Origin: Basidiobolus meristosporus CBS 931.73 | Lineage: Eukaryota > Fungi > Basidiobolomycota | DNA: 64,000 nucleotides | Direction of reading: 5' to 3' | Assembly: GCA_002104905.1 (NCBI GenBank) | Contig: MCFE01000001.1 | Coordinates: 281,099-345,098 of the forward strand | Shown: piece after piece, positions 12,861 through 27,800 of the stretch | How positions within the stretch are numbered: the stretch's first letter is position 1 | Layout: each line of letters starts with the position of its first letter | Notes under the pieces: generated by a model | Database searches by the model: none | Told to the model about the DNA's origin: nothing | What the model saw: the letters and a program-made list of their open reading frames with translations, nothing else | Made by a program: the position numbers and the translations under genes

Positions 12861-14357
12861 ATGACCAGGCTAGCCTCACTAGAATTCCCGGACTTTGAGA
12901 AGGATCAATTGGAGTTATATTTGTCGCAGCTCCAGGCCATAGGAATCACTACTGGTAACTCGTGTTTAGGTCAGCTTGCCGATTTGCTTCGCTTCTCATG
13001 TTCGTGTCAACCCTGTTTAGATCAGGATTTCCTGTTGACTGATTTGAATGGCCTCATTAATAGAACAAAACTCCCCATTAAAGTAAGAGGTCCTATTTCC
13101 TCCAGTTCCTTTCAGTTGTGGGCCTAAACAATGTGGATAAGGTTTTAAAGAAGATCGAAGCTCGGGTACTGAGCTCGAATCAGGTTGCTTGCCAGTTAGC
13201 TAGTGAGATCTATGTTAGAGAGAGTCCCAAACGTTATATGTTAAGCACCGGTAGCGAAAGGTGGTGGTAGCCCTGCCCTTTTTGATAGGCATTTTAAATA
13301 ACCGCTTCTGCAGGATAGACCAGCAATTGGAGGGGGGGCTTTTCTCACAAGAATTGATTGAAGTGAGCGGGCCACCAGGGACCGGAAAAACTCAAGTACA
13401 GCCTATTTCATACTTTTGGGCACCTCCACAGGCAAACTCACTGTTCTTTGAAACATAGCTTGCGCTACAAATGACCGGCTTAATCCTGGCTGAGGACCAC
13501 ACGGCGTGCGTTGCGTATCTAGACATCAGTAGGAACTTCAGCCTGTCGCGGATCAATGAGATAGTCCATAGCCGAGGTCATACCGGGGTAAGTTCCGAGT
13601 AATCGTATGGAACATACACGGCTTTCGCTGAAGCCATGCTAGATGGACGTGAACAAACTGGCGGCACGCATCAAGTATTCGCGGTGCAGCGATCTGTATT
13701 CGTTTATGGATTTTCTGGAGGCAGCCAAAAGCCAACTAAAACAATGGGTAACTTCACGTTCTTGCTGAAAGGATCGCTTAGCCGCCTACTTGCTGAAAGG
13801 ATCGCTTAGCCACCTACCTCTAACCACGGTTTCCAGGGCAATTGCAGACTGTTGGTGATTGACTCCATCACCAGCATATTCTCCTCGCTCATAGGCGTTT
13901 CCTATATCAAAGGTACACAATGGCTGACAAGTCCCCACAGGATCGACTACTAAATCCCTCGTAGGTCGAGCGATGATGTACTCCGCATTCAGAACACTCC
14001 AAGATCTGGCACGGGAGCACAATCTGGTGGTGTTGGTAAGATAGGGATCCATGTGGCTTGTAAAAACGTCCCACTCAATCCATCCTCCAGATCGTCAACT
14101 CCGCCGTCGGCAATCACTCCAACCTGGAACGAGGCTCGCTGAATACCAAGCCAGCATTGGGCGGGGCCTGGTCGAACCTTCCGTACGTCCAGATCTTCCT
14201 GACACGCGGTCGTCAGAATGAAAAATGCCGAATAAACTGCCAGATCCTCAAGTCGCTGAGATCGGTTCGTAACCTATATACCAGCAAGTATTCATTCTCG
14301 GCTAACTCGCGACCAATTGCAGGACCCAGGCTCGATAGTTCAAGTGGAATTGAATGA
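12861..14357 (+). CDS. RAD51D: Rad51 paralogue, RAD51D-like (multi-exon)
   Basis: Walker A GPPGTGKTQ, Walker B LLVIDSI, C-terminal KPALGGAWS resembling RAD51D KPALGRSWS. Confidence 0.7.
13761..13816. repeat. 28-bp tandem duplication in an intron
   Basis: CTTGCTGAAAGGATCGCTTAGCC(G/A)CCTA x2. Confidence 0.9.
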
Positions 14358-14485
14358 GGCTGGGCTGTGTTAGAGGCAGCGGTGCCCTCAAACTTCGATA
14401 CCACGTTCATGTACAAACCTGAAATAAACAACAAACTAGCTTCGAATGGATAATGTTTATTTACATGCGTTCATCTAGCGCTTAT

Positions 14486-17400
14486 CTAGTGACTGTCCAA
14501 TATCCTTTCTAGCTTGTCCATCAGTATGGTTAATTCCTGTCCACCTGCACCTACATCCTCACTACCACGGAGTGCATGAATCCCCTCACGGATTTGTTGG
14601 ACCACTACAGGACTTAGTGTATAGTCCACCACCTGCTCGGTGGCACTGGCGGCCAGCAGCGACATCAGGAGCTTCAGCGAGCCCACGCGCAACTAGAAAT
14701 GACCAAAGTAAGTAGCCAGGACCATCGCATCGATATTCCATCACTGTATTACCTGCAACTCGCTCGAACGTATCCCCATGACGGCCAATTCGATCAACGC
14801 CCCGCGGTTGATGTGTTCCGGGATCAGGTAAGAGTAATGGAACAGAGCCTGGACATCGAGAAGTCATTCAGTTTCCATTCTGGCTTGAATCCACGCTTCA
14901 AATGTTACCTGAAGACAGGCTGCTCCTGCAATTGTGTGCTTCGGCTCATCAGCAGCCATGCTAACTGTGCTCATCAATGTAGCTATGGTGCGATCAGCGA
15001 AGGCTTTCAGGCGATCCTTGTCGAAGTCCACCTTGGCTGCTGGTCCCGTTGTTCCCAATGGCTGATTGCTAAGTCTCTTGACGGTCATGACGATTACATT
15101 CGCCATACAGGTGGACATCTGCTCTTCGTTCTCATGGAGTGACAGATTCCGCAGGATGAAATGCAGTGTGAATTCGAATATAGGTTCGATTTGCTCATCA
15201 TCAATTTCGACTATGGAGCAAGTGGTTTTCAGTAGTTCCGTTCCGCTTAACATCAGCGTCAATGATAACGTATCCATACAGCCCAGTTGTAGTTTGTGGA
15301 GGTTTTCTAGATGGGTGAGGGGATCAGCTGGCAAGTAGGCCCAATTGGTCCGAGAAGGGCTTACCATCAGTGGACTTCCACTGCAGCAGGGTTTTGAAAT
15401 AGCTGGAGATCACCTGCTGTACAATGCCTGTCTCTTGCTTATCCAGAGAGTGTTTACGATTGAACGTCTGGATCAGCCATTGGCAAAAACCAAACACCCA
15501 TTGCTTGGTGTTCAAGAAGTCTTTCTGCAGGGCATTGCAGAGTGTATCCAGTTGGTCGGCGATCAGGCGAATAGACTCCGGTACTCTTGAGAGGATCTCC
15601 ATCGCAATGGTACGGATTTGAGGGAACTCTAGATCTTCACTACACCTTTCGCGTATTTGAGAACCAAACGAGCTACTCAAGGCTACCTGCTCAAAACAAT
15701 GCCCCGGAAGAGTCTGAAATTCATGATCAGTACCAGCACACCACGCTACCTAGAGTCTGCATACCTTCAGAACCAGCAAGGGATGTAAGCGCAAAAACAA
15801 AAGTGCTTGCATTTCCAGCGAAGACTCCTCGGAGTTGGAGTCCAGCATCTCTTTTGTCAATCTGGAGTAGGCCTCGTCGTTAGTAAGCAATGCAAGGCTC
15901 GTACATCAGATCAGAACTGTACTTTGGCTGTGAAATTAGAGTGTTGGTTATCTCCGAGATAACCGCATCCACCGCATCAGGGTTTCGTCCAAGCGCCTCC
16001 GAAATGGTGTTCCAAAATCGGATCAATATCGTGTCCTTTGGGAATGCATAGGACTTCCTCAACAGTGGCTTGACCAGACTGCTCCACAGCTGATCAGGAA
16101 CCTACAAAATCCTTGGCCTTAGGCAAGTCCTCTAAATGGCACATTGGCTCGAGGTACTAACCGAATCAGTCCATTTTCTGATCAAATCAAAGAGTCGTTC
16201 AACTACAGGAAAAGAGGGCGGGTAAGCAAACTCAGTCAGTCAGAAGATGATCAACACCGCGACGATTACTTTGCTTTTGTATATCCTTCTTATCGCTTCT
16301 ATTGGCGAAACCATGCTTACTGCCAAAGATTTGGCCAGGATTCGAAGGTGGAGTTGACCCTGGGTTCGTCAATGTGGAATTCTCTAACTTGGACAAATTC
16401 CTGGTACACTGATGAGAGAATGCTCAATACCATATTGTTACATACGCATACCTAAGAAGGTCAAGTAACGATAAGATTCCCTCTGCGTTACGACTGTGCT
16501 CATTCAACATCAGGGTTATGGCGGAGCCGGCTGAAGCGCGTAAGGCAGCGTCGGGGCTAACTAGGCGTATAGAGAGCTTTGAAAACGTATCCAAAGGATC
16601 TATGATACAAGATGAGTGACAAATACTTTAGGATTGATTGGAAGTATTTTACCAAAATGCGCCAGAAGCCGTGCCGCCAAGTTTCTTAGCTCCACTCGCT
16701 CGCTGCCCATCCGGTCGAATAGCCTCTCCTGAAGCGAATTTCTAGGAAAACCAAAAGGTCAGGTCTTGTAGATAGCATGCACCTCAACCTCGATCATACT
16801 TCATTTCTGCGCTCAACGTGGTGGAAATAAATCTGAATATTCGTTCCAGTAAACGCATGGCGTTTTTCTGCTGTAACAGCTCTTCCGAATCGAGTCGCTT
16901 CATTGTATGATGGAGGATCTCGTCTAGGTAACGAAGCAGATTAGAACGCTGGTTCGAAGACGGGACATCAGTATACGCCCATTCAACCTGGTAGGAGGGA
17001 AAAGTGGTCTGCTATGAAGTTGATGGCTGCTTCAGATATGGCATCATCTTCATCCAGAAGCGTAAGAAAGTGACTGAGCACAGACTCAAGTGTGAGTTGC
17101 GAATCACCGGATCTCTCAATAAACGTCTTGAGCATGGAAAAGGCAGCAGGGTGACCCGGTCCTGGACTGTTAATCTGCACGTGTTTTAGTGAGTGTTACG
17201 TGGGAATCGCAGCCAGCGTAGATACTTACCACTGCCTCGATTAGTCTCAGGAATGCTTTATCCACGCCAATACCGTCAGTAGCTTTCCAGTCATGTATTT
17301 TGAGCCAAAAGCATTCATCTCTATATCCCAAAAACAGTGCACAGCAAACTAGACGGTAATGTGCATCCAGTAGCTCGTCGTTTTCCTTGCAGTCCTGTCA

Positions 17401-19040
17401 GTCGACAGTCGATAGCCTTGGAGTATTGGTGAAACTACCTTGGCAAACAGCTTTTCAATATGTCTTTGGATTGCATTTCGGCTGAGAGTAAGATTCCGGG
17501 GATCTAAGTATCGAGAAACCCAAGGCCACCACACTAGCAACAGAATAAATCAATGTATTCGCACCTGGTGACAGCAGTTTGTAGATACCTTCAATAGATG
17601 TATGGGATGCGATGGATGCCTTAGTGCAGCCCTCTAGAAGATTTACAACTTCTTCAAGTCCCGCGCACAACAACGCGTGATGAGAATGATACCACTATGC
17701 AATAGGCCACAAATCAACGTTCTGATCGGCGACAATAGGCATGGCGTAGCAGGAACTTACCTGCTGTACTTGCTTCACCATGGGTATCAACTCCTGGACT
17801 ACACCAATAACCCTAACCTCCGACAAATCTTTTTCCTTCGCTGTGATCATTTTGCGTGAAATATGCAACGCTACAGTTACCGCGGTAGTGGTTAGTGTAG
17901 TGGGCTGAACACCACCGTCGTCAGTGAGTTTGCTGAGGTACTTGTTAGGGATCGCTGAAGATTATCCGTGCATTGATTAAAAAAAGTACCTGTCCCTACG
18001 CGCTATGCTGGACAAAGCGGATATCAAGAGGACGGCGGCATTGGTACTGAAAAATCCCTCTACGTAAGAGTCTCTGCGTTAACAGTTGTTTATTGTCAAC
18101 GGCTTCTGTACCTCTCCATCGGCCATTACCTTGATTCTCGTCTACTTCTTGGATACCGACGATAGCACTAGGTCCAGTTGGCGTCTGATTTAACAAGTGA
18201 TCTAACAGCAACACAACCCCTAATTTACTTCGCTTGTCTGAGCCTTGTAGCTGATCTATCAAGACTTTTCGCAATATTTCTTGGAATGGACCTCTGGCCA
18301 ACCAGCACAATATCCGCAATGCTGCCATTTTTTCCTCGCTTTTCCCTCGCCTGAGAAGCTGAAAAGCAGGTTGAATAAAACCACCCATGAGGCAAACTTC
18401 TGGACCGATGTACCTTGCTTTCCAAAGGAACTATGATATCTATCAGATTCTTGCTCCTTTCCTCCAGGTTAGACCTACCAGGGCCATTAATGGAATCTGC
18501 TATGGACCTCAGCGCAAGTGTCAAGGGCGCTTTTCGGGATTTCGTTATTACATACTTCGGGTAACAAGATCAAATAACAGGAATTATATACTAGTGTCGC
18601 TTTGGGGAGCTTTTGCGGCAGAGTTAAAGGCTTGTTCGTTTGTGTTTAATAATAGATACAGGGCCTTTCCCAGTGTGAGGCTTTTCTCCTCTGCTGGCTT
18701 AATATCAGTATTGGCTTGCTGAGCAATCTCCGAATCTAGGCCTAGAATCACCATGTCTTCAGGTTGTCTTGGTGTGTCCAACAGCCAACACAAGAAATCA
18801 ATCAATCCGAGCAGGAATTGTCGAACGGTGCCAGATATCCATCAACATTAACAGGATTTGCCTAAACATGGTTCGAAATGATGGGTGCATTTTAATCATG
18901 TTTGGACGCCGTCCTGGTTTAACGCAGATCAATCTTGAATGATCCACTCCACTCCGCTCAATAAAAGTCCCATGCCATTGGAAGGTTTTCAACAGTCCAA
19001 CCTGCTCCAGAGATTTCCTGCTGGCGTCATTTTCTTTCAT
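14486..19040 (-). CDS. Large multi-exon, probably alpha-helical (HEAT/ARM-like) protein, unidentified; start uncertain
   Basis: Chain of Leu-rich minus-strand exons with GTAAGT/CAG junctions, e.g. QLLRRGKSEEKMAALRILCWLARG and EFPQIRTIAMEILSRVPES; stop at 14486. Confidence 0.55.
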
Positions 19041-19089
19041 TAGTTTGCTCCGCTTCTACGAATAATTACAAGTGATACCGGCTAACAAA

Positions 19090-20840
19090 ATGTCACAAAC
19101 GGAAAATGCTGCCAACAACGAAGTGGTCGAATTGCAGACCATCATTCAAGAGCAGAAAGACCAAATCAACCGCCTCACCGAAAAGCTAAGAGTCTTTGGA
19201 AAGCAACATCAAGGGGTTGCCGGTGACTTAAATGTACTTTTATCTTTTCGTTAACTGTCTGAGAGTAAACCCTCTGGAAATTAACCGCTCGATTTCTTTC
19301 CTGCCGTCTGTTCCTTCGCCTAGGCTCGCGATCAAATATTGACCCAAGTTGAACAAGGGGAAAAGTGCATGAAAAATTCTCTCGAGTATCAACTGAATCA
19401 AGTAAGGCCAGCAGCGATGATTGCCTGGCTCTGCCATGTATCCCAACTGATTATCCTTTGTAGAATCGCAAGAGTAAGGCTGATCTGGAGGGAAGAACCA
19501 GCACAGTGCTTGCTGACACCAACAACGTGGAAGAGCTAAGAAAAGTCCTCCAGGAGTATATCCAGCGCTCACAAGACCAAGAGCGCTCTATTAAGAGGCT
19601 GCAGTTTGACCTCGAGATGGAGATTGGCCACGTCAATATCTTGCGCCACGAAAATCAGACGCTGAAGCAGCTTACAGTGGACATGGTTTGGATGTTTTCT
19701 CCTAGTCTTTCCCCTGGGGTAACCTAACAAGACAATACACCTCTCGCAGCACGCGTCAGCCGAGCAGGAAGAGGAGTACATCTCCAACAAACTACTCAAA
19801 AGCATCGCCCACCTAAAAAAGGAGAAGGCTGAATTGCTGGTTCAAGTCGAACGAGAGGAAGAGTACCTTACGAACACACTCCAGCGGAAACTGTCCCAGG
19901 TATTGGAGCATAGCAGACAGCCCATGGCGAATGGCATAACTAAATGAAATCCCAATGCAGCTTCAAAAAGAAAAGATCGATCTTGAAAATGCACTCGAGC
20001 AGGAACAAGAGTTCATGGTGAACAGACTCCAAAAACAATTGGATGTATTGCGACTAGAGCAGTCTCAAAAGGATTTGGGCACCAGCCCACCCTCCCCCTC
20101 ACTCTCCTCGTCTCCTCCAGCGTGCGTTCTGCTCTTCATTGCTTCTGGCCAACTCACACTGACGCTTGCCTCCATTTCCAGCCCTAGATGGAGACCAACC
20201 CACTCGCCCTCCTCCTCGGACGTAAGTGTCTCTTCCCATGCGGTTACCGAGGTCTTGAAGGCTGAAGTGACTGCCTTGCGTATTAAGCAAACGGAGCTTG
20301 AGAAAGAGTGTAAGTATGCTGGCTAGACCATCACCGAACATGCGCTGACTTATTTCACCGGTAGTCACTGCGACGTACAACCAGCTGAAAATTTACAAGA
20401 ACGAGCTGATCGAGCTACGCAAGAAAAACAACCTTCCAGTAGACGACCTGTTGTCCGAGAGGTGAGTCGACCCCAATGCTGCTGTGTAGCAACGCACGCA
20501 CGCACCTAATTCATTGAATCTAGCTCTGCCCCCTCGTTCATGCGATTCAACAATGCGACCGGAAAGCAGGTATTTGCATATGTTTAGCTAACACGATGAC
20601 CACTACGGATGTACCAATGCGTATACAACATAGCGCTCTCGTCGATCCATCTCAAGCGGGGATCAGTCGCAACTCTTGAAAGCAATGGCCTCGCCCGAGT
20701 TCCAGTTCCCGCCTGGCCCGGCATCCCCAGAACACAACGCACAACCCCCACTTGCTCACAAGCCCAGGACTGGTTCGTTTTTTTCCTCCCATAGCACCCT
20801 CTCACCCAAAGCCACTAACACACTTGACCAGATTGATTGA
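19090..20840 (+). CDS. CCDC6: CCDC6/H4(D10S170)-family coiled-coil protein
   Basis: [13 protein letters not shown]...[15 protein letters not shown]...[16 protein letters not shown]; 3' end approximate. Confidence 0.7.
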
Positions 20841-20996
20841 ATTCGCCATAACCCCCTTTGCATCCCTAATCAACTAATTCAGTAACGTCAATAAACCATC
20901 CAGTGCCATTACAAGCTGCATCATCGAGTATCATTACAAAGCTGATTTGTTTATTGTAAAAGCGACATAAACAACCCTTCCTAGCTACGAAACAGA

Positions 20997-21446
<450 letters not shown>

Positions 21447-21661
21447 CTAACCTGCTTTGTGACCTTGCGGGTACCGAAAGTGAAAGAGGGGGTTGCGGAA
21501 GAGTAGCCATTCGTTTTAATCCTAAAAAAATCTGGAATTTTTCCCTACGCTGTAATTGGTCCGGTGGAGATTCCACTGATTCCCATCATTTCGGCCCGAT
21601 TTAGGGTGTCTCCTGCTCTGAAGCACTAGACTGTCGTTTAGAAACAACTTCCAGTGACAAC

Positions 21662-23134
21662 ATGGTAGACAGTGTTCTAAGTGAAGGCAAGTCGAGTAGC
21701 ATCAGGTCTGCGTTTTGATACAACACGCTGAACTCTCTTCTCTACAAAAAACAGATGATCCCAGTCTGCTGGTGATAGTACTGGACACGAATCCCTTCTC
21801 ATGGTCGAAATCGGAGAATTCCACCTCTCCACTCTCCTTCAACAGTGCCCAAAACCATCTCCTCATTTTCATACATGCCTATCTATCTTTAAAGCCGGAC
21901 AATAGGATTGCTGTTGTGGCAAGTCACTTGGGTGCAAGGTGGGCTTACTTCTCCTGCTCCCCGTAGACCCTCCCCTTGAGAGAACTGACACGAATATCGT
22001 TTTTCGTAGCCGTTTCATATATCCTACTGAAAAAACAGAAAGCGTTGTTCAAAGTGAAGAAACCTCCTCTTCCTCGAAGGATGCAAACGTCTACCAACGG
22101 TTTAAATCTATCGACAAACAGATCTCTAGAAATCTCAAGAAGCTGATTGATTCCCCGTTGGACCTTGACTCGCTCCCCGACAAAGGTAGATAGCCAGCCA
22201 TTCTCTTACCACACAGGGAATCCAGCACTAAGCCCCCACTCTATTCCCAAGGCGCCTCGGCGATATCCGGTGCCTTCTCGATGGCCTTGTGTTGTATCCT
22301 TTTGTTGGAGACAGTTTAGAATGGTACAGGGATTATTCGGTTGTTATCCTTCACTCTAACCCATCAGACATCAATCGCATGATAAAGCGGGATGATCTTG
22401 GCAGGATCAAGCCTCGACTACTAGTGCTCTCGGTATCAACGGACTCCCCATACCAGTACATCCCCATCATGAATTGCATCTTCTCGGCACAAAAAGCGGT
22501 ATTTGCAATTCCTTAGAAGTAGGGCCAAACCCGATAGTAACGCATGACTAGAGCATTCCCATAGATGTATGCAAGATTTACGGGGGTGATTCGGCATTTC
22601 TACAGCAAGCAGCGTACATCAGCAGTGGCACATATCTAAAGGCAGAAAACCCCTCTGGACTGCTACAGTATCTCTTGGTGAGCTTGATTCATGTTGCGAA
22701 ATCCCCAAGGATCCCGGATTAATCGGCGTTCTAGTTCACATTCCTCCCGGACAAGTACGTCCGAACCTACTTCTGCTTACCTGGTAGGGACCAGGTAGAC
22801 TTCCGTGCGGCTTGCTTCTGCCACAAAAAGGTGATCGACGTGGGCTATGTATGCTCAGTATGTCTGTCAAGTGAGTGTTCAGGATAGTCGACGCAGTGGC
22901 ACTTTTACTCATCTATTCTGGTCTAGTCTTCTGTGGGTTTGCGCCGGTTTGCTCAACATGCAGGTTAGAACTCGAGCTTCTTATGTCTCTATTGCATCAA
23001 CACTTCATTAATCCCGCGATACCAGAACGAAATTTGAGTCGCGGAACGGAGTGTCCGACGAACCTCACCTGGTCAAAACCATCTTCCAGAATGGGCTCAC
23101 GAACGGCTCCTCTCTGCCCAACAACACTCCATAG
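21662..23134 (+). CDS. TFB4: TFIIH subunit Tfb4 (GTF2H3)
   Basis: DDPSLLVIVLDTNP, YIPIMNCIFSAQK, DFRAACFCH...GYVCSVCLS zinc finger. Confidence 0.92.
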
Positions 23135-23351
23135 AAATTTGTACACTAAGCAAAATAATCAGACAATTGGTTGGATCTTGAATAAATCGGCATCTGGGGT
23201 TTTTTTTAATCACTTTGACCATCGAAATCGCAGTCAACGTTCGGTTTTTTTTCTTTTTTACCAAGTTCCTGGCGAAAAAATTCATCCTGCCATATTTGGT
23301 TTTGCCAAGTTAGTTTGCTTGGGTGTACCGCTTCCTTGAACCAAGAACAAT

Positions 23352-24243
23352 ATGGTACGCTCGAATGTCTAGATCTGCCACGCGATGGTCTTCAACTAAA
23401 CGGTCTGTTTTCCAACAGGGTAAAGCTAAGAAGACCAGACAATTTGGACTCGTTAAGCGCATGCTTAACCCCAAAGATGCGAGATTGTAAGTGTGTTCCC
23501 CAAGCATTATGGGTCCAAGAACTGTTGTTAACGGGTGCATACAGAAAGGAGAACCAGGAGAAATTGAAGAAAAAGGAAGAGGAAAAGGAGAAGAGTCTAG
23601 TCACACACATGTAAGTGACACTCCGTTCTGACCCTTTCGCTTCTCAGCCAGCTAATCGCTTTTTTAGTCCACAAGTCGCCTCTTCTCTCTTCTTCCGCTA
23701 TAATACCGCACTAGGCCCACCTTACCATGTGTTGGTGGATACGAATTTCATCAACTTCTCGATCCAAAACAAACTAGAGCTTGTAAAGTCCATGATGGAT
23801 TGTCTGTATGCCAAGTGCATTCCTTGTATCACTGACTGCGTCATGGCTGAATTGGAGAAGTTGGGGCCTAAATACAGGGTCGCGCTTAGGTACAGTGCTG
23901 CCTTTTGTCGCTGGGTGGTATGCGTTCAAACTAACCTCTTTGTCTACAGAGTGGCAAGAGATCCCCGCTTCGAGAGACTTCCCTGTGCTCACAAGGGTAC
24001 CTATGCTGATGACTGTTTGGTCAATCGTGTGATGCAAGTAAGTAACCTCCCCATACGCATTGGTAAGCCGGAGCCTGGAACTCACTGGAATCTTCTTAGC
24101 ACAAATGCTACATCGTAGCCACTTGTGATCGTGACTTGAAGCGTCGCATTCGTAAAATCCCCGGTATCCCAATTATGTATATCGCGCAACATAAGTACAC
24201 CATTGAAAGATTGCCCGAGGCCTATGGTGCGCCCAACATCTAA
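23352..24243 (+). CDS. FCF1: rRNA-processing PIN-domain protein Fcf1
   Basis: ATG/intron/GKAKKTR; [17 protein letters not shown]; [11 protein letters not shown]; [16 protein letters not shown]. Confidence 0.95.
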
Positions 24244-24884
24244 ACCACTTCGAATTCCCCGAATTAATTTGCAATGTAATATCTTCTTTCCCTTGGCTCC
24301 AAATAAACTGATAGAAATATGCGATTCTCCTTCGTACCAGATCAAGGAAGCTGCTTAATCATAAACAACCACTTTGCATAAACATTTGAATTAATTGGCC
24401 CCGATGAAGCGATACCCCTATTTTGTCCAGTAATATGTGGTGGAGTGTTTATTTGGTGTGTTTATTGATGGCACATGGGGAACTTGTTTGCTTAATCCAT
24501 CGTAACGACGTTGAGAGGGCGCACAGTAGGAAAGTTGCTTTAACATTAGGGGCATTCATATACGTAGTTATTTCCCCCAGTTCGTCGAGCTGAAAACCTT
24601 GTATACAACCAGCGACGCGAATTTCCCCGCTCTCCCCTTCTGTATTTTATTCTTCTCCTGTCTTTAGTGCTCATAGAGTGACAAGATTGCCTCCACGTTT
24701 TGGACTGAAGATTCCTTTGGGCGAGACAACAAAGAACCCGGTTGGATTATCGCACTTTATCGGCCTTGATTTCGACTAGCCGGCCCTTCCAGCACTCTTT
24801 ACATGGTCCACAACTGAAGTTACATTGAGTATAGAAAAAAGTGGAAGAATCTTGATTCGCCTAGATTAACCGCAGCTGAATAAG

Positions 24885-27800
24885 ATGGCGTTATTTAGAA
24901 AGAAGAAACTCAAGCATAATAGTGCGTCTCTCGAATATCCAGACTTGGAGGAATTCCAGGCCACGGTCACTGGGCCTCCAGGCGTATCACCAAGAACCCC
25001 GAACAATCCCAGATCCACCCTAAACACGCCAAGCTCTTCTGGAGCCCGTGGTTTGGGGAGAAGCCCCACCATCATGTCTAAGAATACCTTAAGCCCTTCG
25101 CATTACTCCGACATCTCCGACATTCCTGAGTACGACTATTTGCAGAAGAACCCTGAGGCGTTGGCCGAAGAGCTAGAAAAGATAATTGTTCGTGGTAGCT
25201 GCTGATTCCTATTGACCATGGTGCTGAATCTAAACCGTTTCTCGTGTAGGATTCGATGGGGATGGACGAGGCCGGCAAAAACAAGATGCGGAGCCTGTCC
25301 GACGAGATCAAAATGAAGCTTATCATTTCGAAGCGTCAAATGGCCATTGACGAGGTATTTTGTACACCCGTTGCTCGCCCCACTAGTGGCTAAATTCGTT
25401 GTCTCTAGACAGCGCCAGATCATTATATCCGGAAATTTGCGAAGGAGGACCTTCGGAGCATTGGGCTGAAGAGCATCAAAAGTTTGAGGGTTTCTTTAAG
25501 CACACGTCCTATAGGGTACGACAATTCTTTCCCCGGGAGCCTGGCCTACGACTAACCGATTCTTACAGATGGGTGCGCCAGTATCTCGAGCTCGGAGGGT
25601 TTCAGCTGATCTCCAATTGGATCTATAATCTAGCTGGGACCAGAAACAGGTAGGCTCTACACACTGTGTGTTCCCGCCCACTGTCGACTGAATTTTTGGT
25701 TTGACTTAGTCGGAAGGAAATGGAGGAGCAGGTGGAGTACGAGCTGGTCAAGTGTGTCGGCTCGATACTCAATACCAAGGTAGGCGCTTCAGATGGTGCA
25801 CCACACGCAAGTCCATTAACATACATATTCTCCACCAGTGGGGAGTCCAAGAAGCGTTGGCGACTCCGGAATGTATCATGAACGTGGCGTATTCGTTGGA
25901 TGCCACGCTGATCCACACACGCAAGCTTGCTGTGGAGTTGCTGACATTCATGTGCTACTGTGAGATCCCGAAAGGATGCAGTTACGTGCTCAACGGGATG
26001 GACCAGGTCAAGAAGGCGCGTGGATATCATCTGCGCTTCGAAGCCTGGATCAAGTCTCTGGAGGCAACCATCGATGGTCGTGGTATCCTTGGTTCGCTGG
26101 TCAAGGCCAGTGAGGAGATTCGACGCGCCGGTGGGGCCGACCGAGAGCTTGTTGAATACGTGTTGTCCAACATGATCTTGCTGAACGGTATCCTGTATGC
26201 GTTCGACGAGGTGGAAATGCGCACGCATCTGAGGAACCAGCTTCATGCTGCTGGCTTGGGGAGGGTGCTGAAGAAAATCCGGGTCTTCGCCAACGATCTC
26301 ATCCTGATACAGCTGGACAAGTTCGACGACCTTACCGAAAATGACTATTTAGAGCTGCGGGAGTTTTGCAACCATCAGGTGCTGAAGGACATGTCTGACC
26401 CATCAGAGGTGTTTCACGCGGTGCTGGATTCAGTTGCAAACACCAAAGGCTATTCCTATCTGCTCTCCATGCTTCAGCACCTGCTGATCATCCGTGATGA
26501 CGACAACAACGAGGAAAACCGGATCAAGTATTTCGAGCTGGCTGATACACTGATCACTCAGATGGTTCTCGATCGTCGTGGCTACGACCAAGATTTCTCG
26601 GCCACATACGGTGTGTCGGTAGAGTCTATTCTCTCAAGGCTGGGCGACGATGAGAAGCTCCAACAGGCACTCAAGGCTGCCAAAGAAGCCGAGAAGGTGG
26701 CCGAGGAGGCAGTTGCCAGGAAAAACGATCTTGAGCTTGAGATTGCTATGAAGTCAGATGGCCTGGTCGGAATATTGAAATCGAAGATCCATTCGTTAGA
26801 GGATCTGGTGCGCATGTCGCGCTACACTATGGAGGCCCTTGAGGCTGAAAACAAGGAGATCCGAAATCAGTATCGCACCAAGCTTACGAAGCAGGCTAAC
26901 CAACTTAAGGATCTTTATCAGATGATTCGCGGTAGTCGCATTAGCACTGATCTTCAGCCTTCTGACGGCTCGATCGAGTTGGTCAGTTCAGCTGCTGTAA
27001 GTGCCAAAGAGCAAATGCTCCAAGAGGAGGTTAATCGACTACAAGAAGAGCAAGATTTAATCCGCAAACAGATGGCGGCCATGAAAGCACGGATGAAGCC
27101 CTCACCACGCAGCTCTTCCTTGAGTCCAACAGACAAGCGTGAGTTTGAATCGTCTGATTCGGATATCAACTCCTCAGCTGACACACATGAGGATGATTTC
27201 CCTCAGCAGAGCATCGTGACTCCTGTGCGAAGCCGTAACTCTACTAGGCGAGAATCGTCTGAAGCATCCATCACACCGGAAGTCCAGAACGATGGGCAAG
27301 ACACGATTGACTCCGAATCCGAAAAAGAGGAGATTGCTGAAGATACTCAGGCTGCCGAATCATCGAGTGACACTCCCTTGCCAGAACATACTGAGCCTAT
27401 CCCTTCATCCTCATCTTTCTCCTCGCCATCTCCATCCAAAAAGTCTGAGCACATTTCTCTTGCGCCAACAGGTACGTTACCACAATCATCACTCTCTCCA
27501 GAGACTTCCAACGTTGCTGCCCCAGATGGAATATCATCTAGTCAAAGTCTTCTGCCTCCTCCCCCACCGCCGCCACCACCTCCTCCAATACTTGCTCCAG
27601 GTGGATTAACATCTAGCCATGCCCCGCCTCCGCCTCCGCCTCCGCCTCCACTCCACCACCACCACCAATACTTTCTCCTGGTGGGTTATCGTCTGGCTTT
27701 GGTCTCCCACCACCCCCACCTCCGCCGCCACCACCAATTCTTGCTCCAGGTGGATTACCGTCAAGCTCTGGATTACCACCGCCACCACCGCCACCACCTC

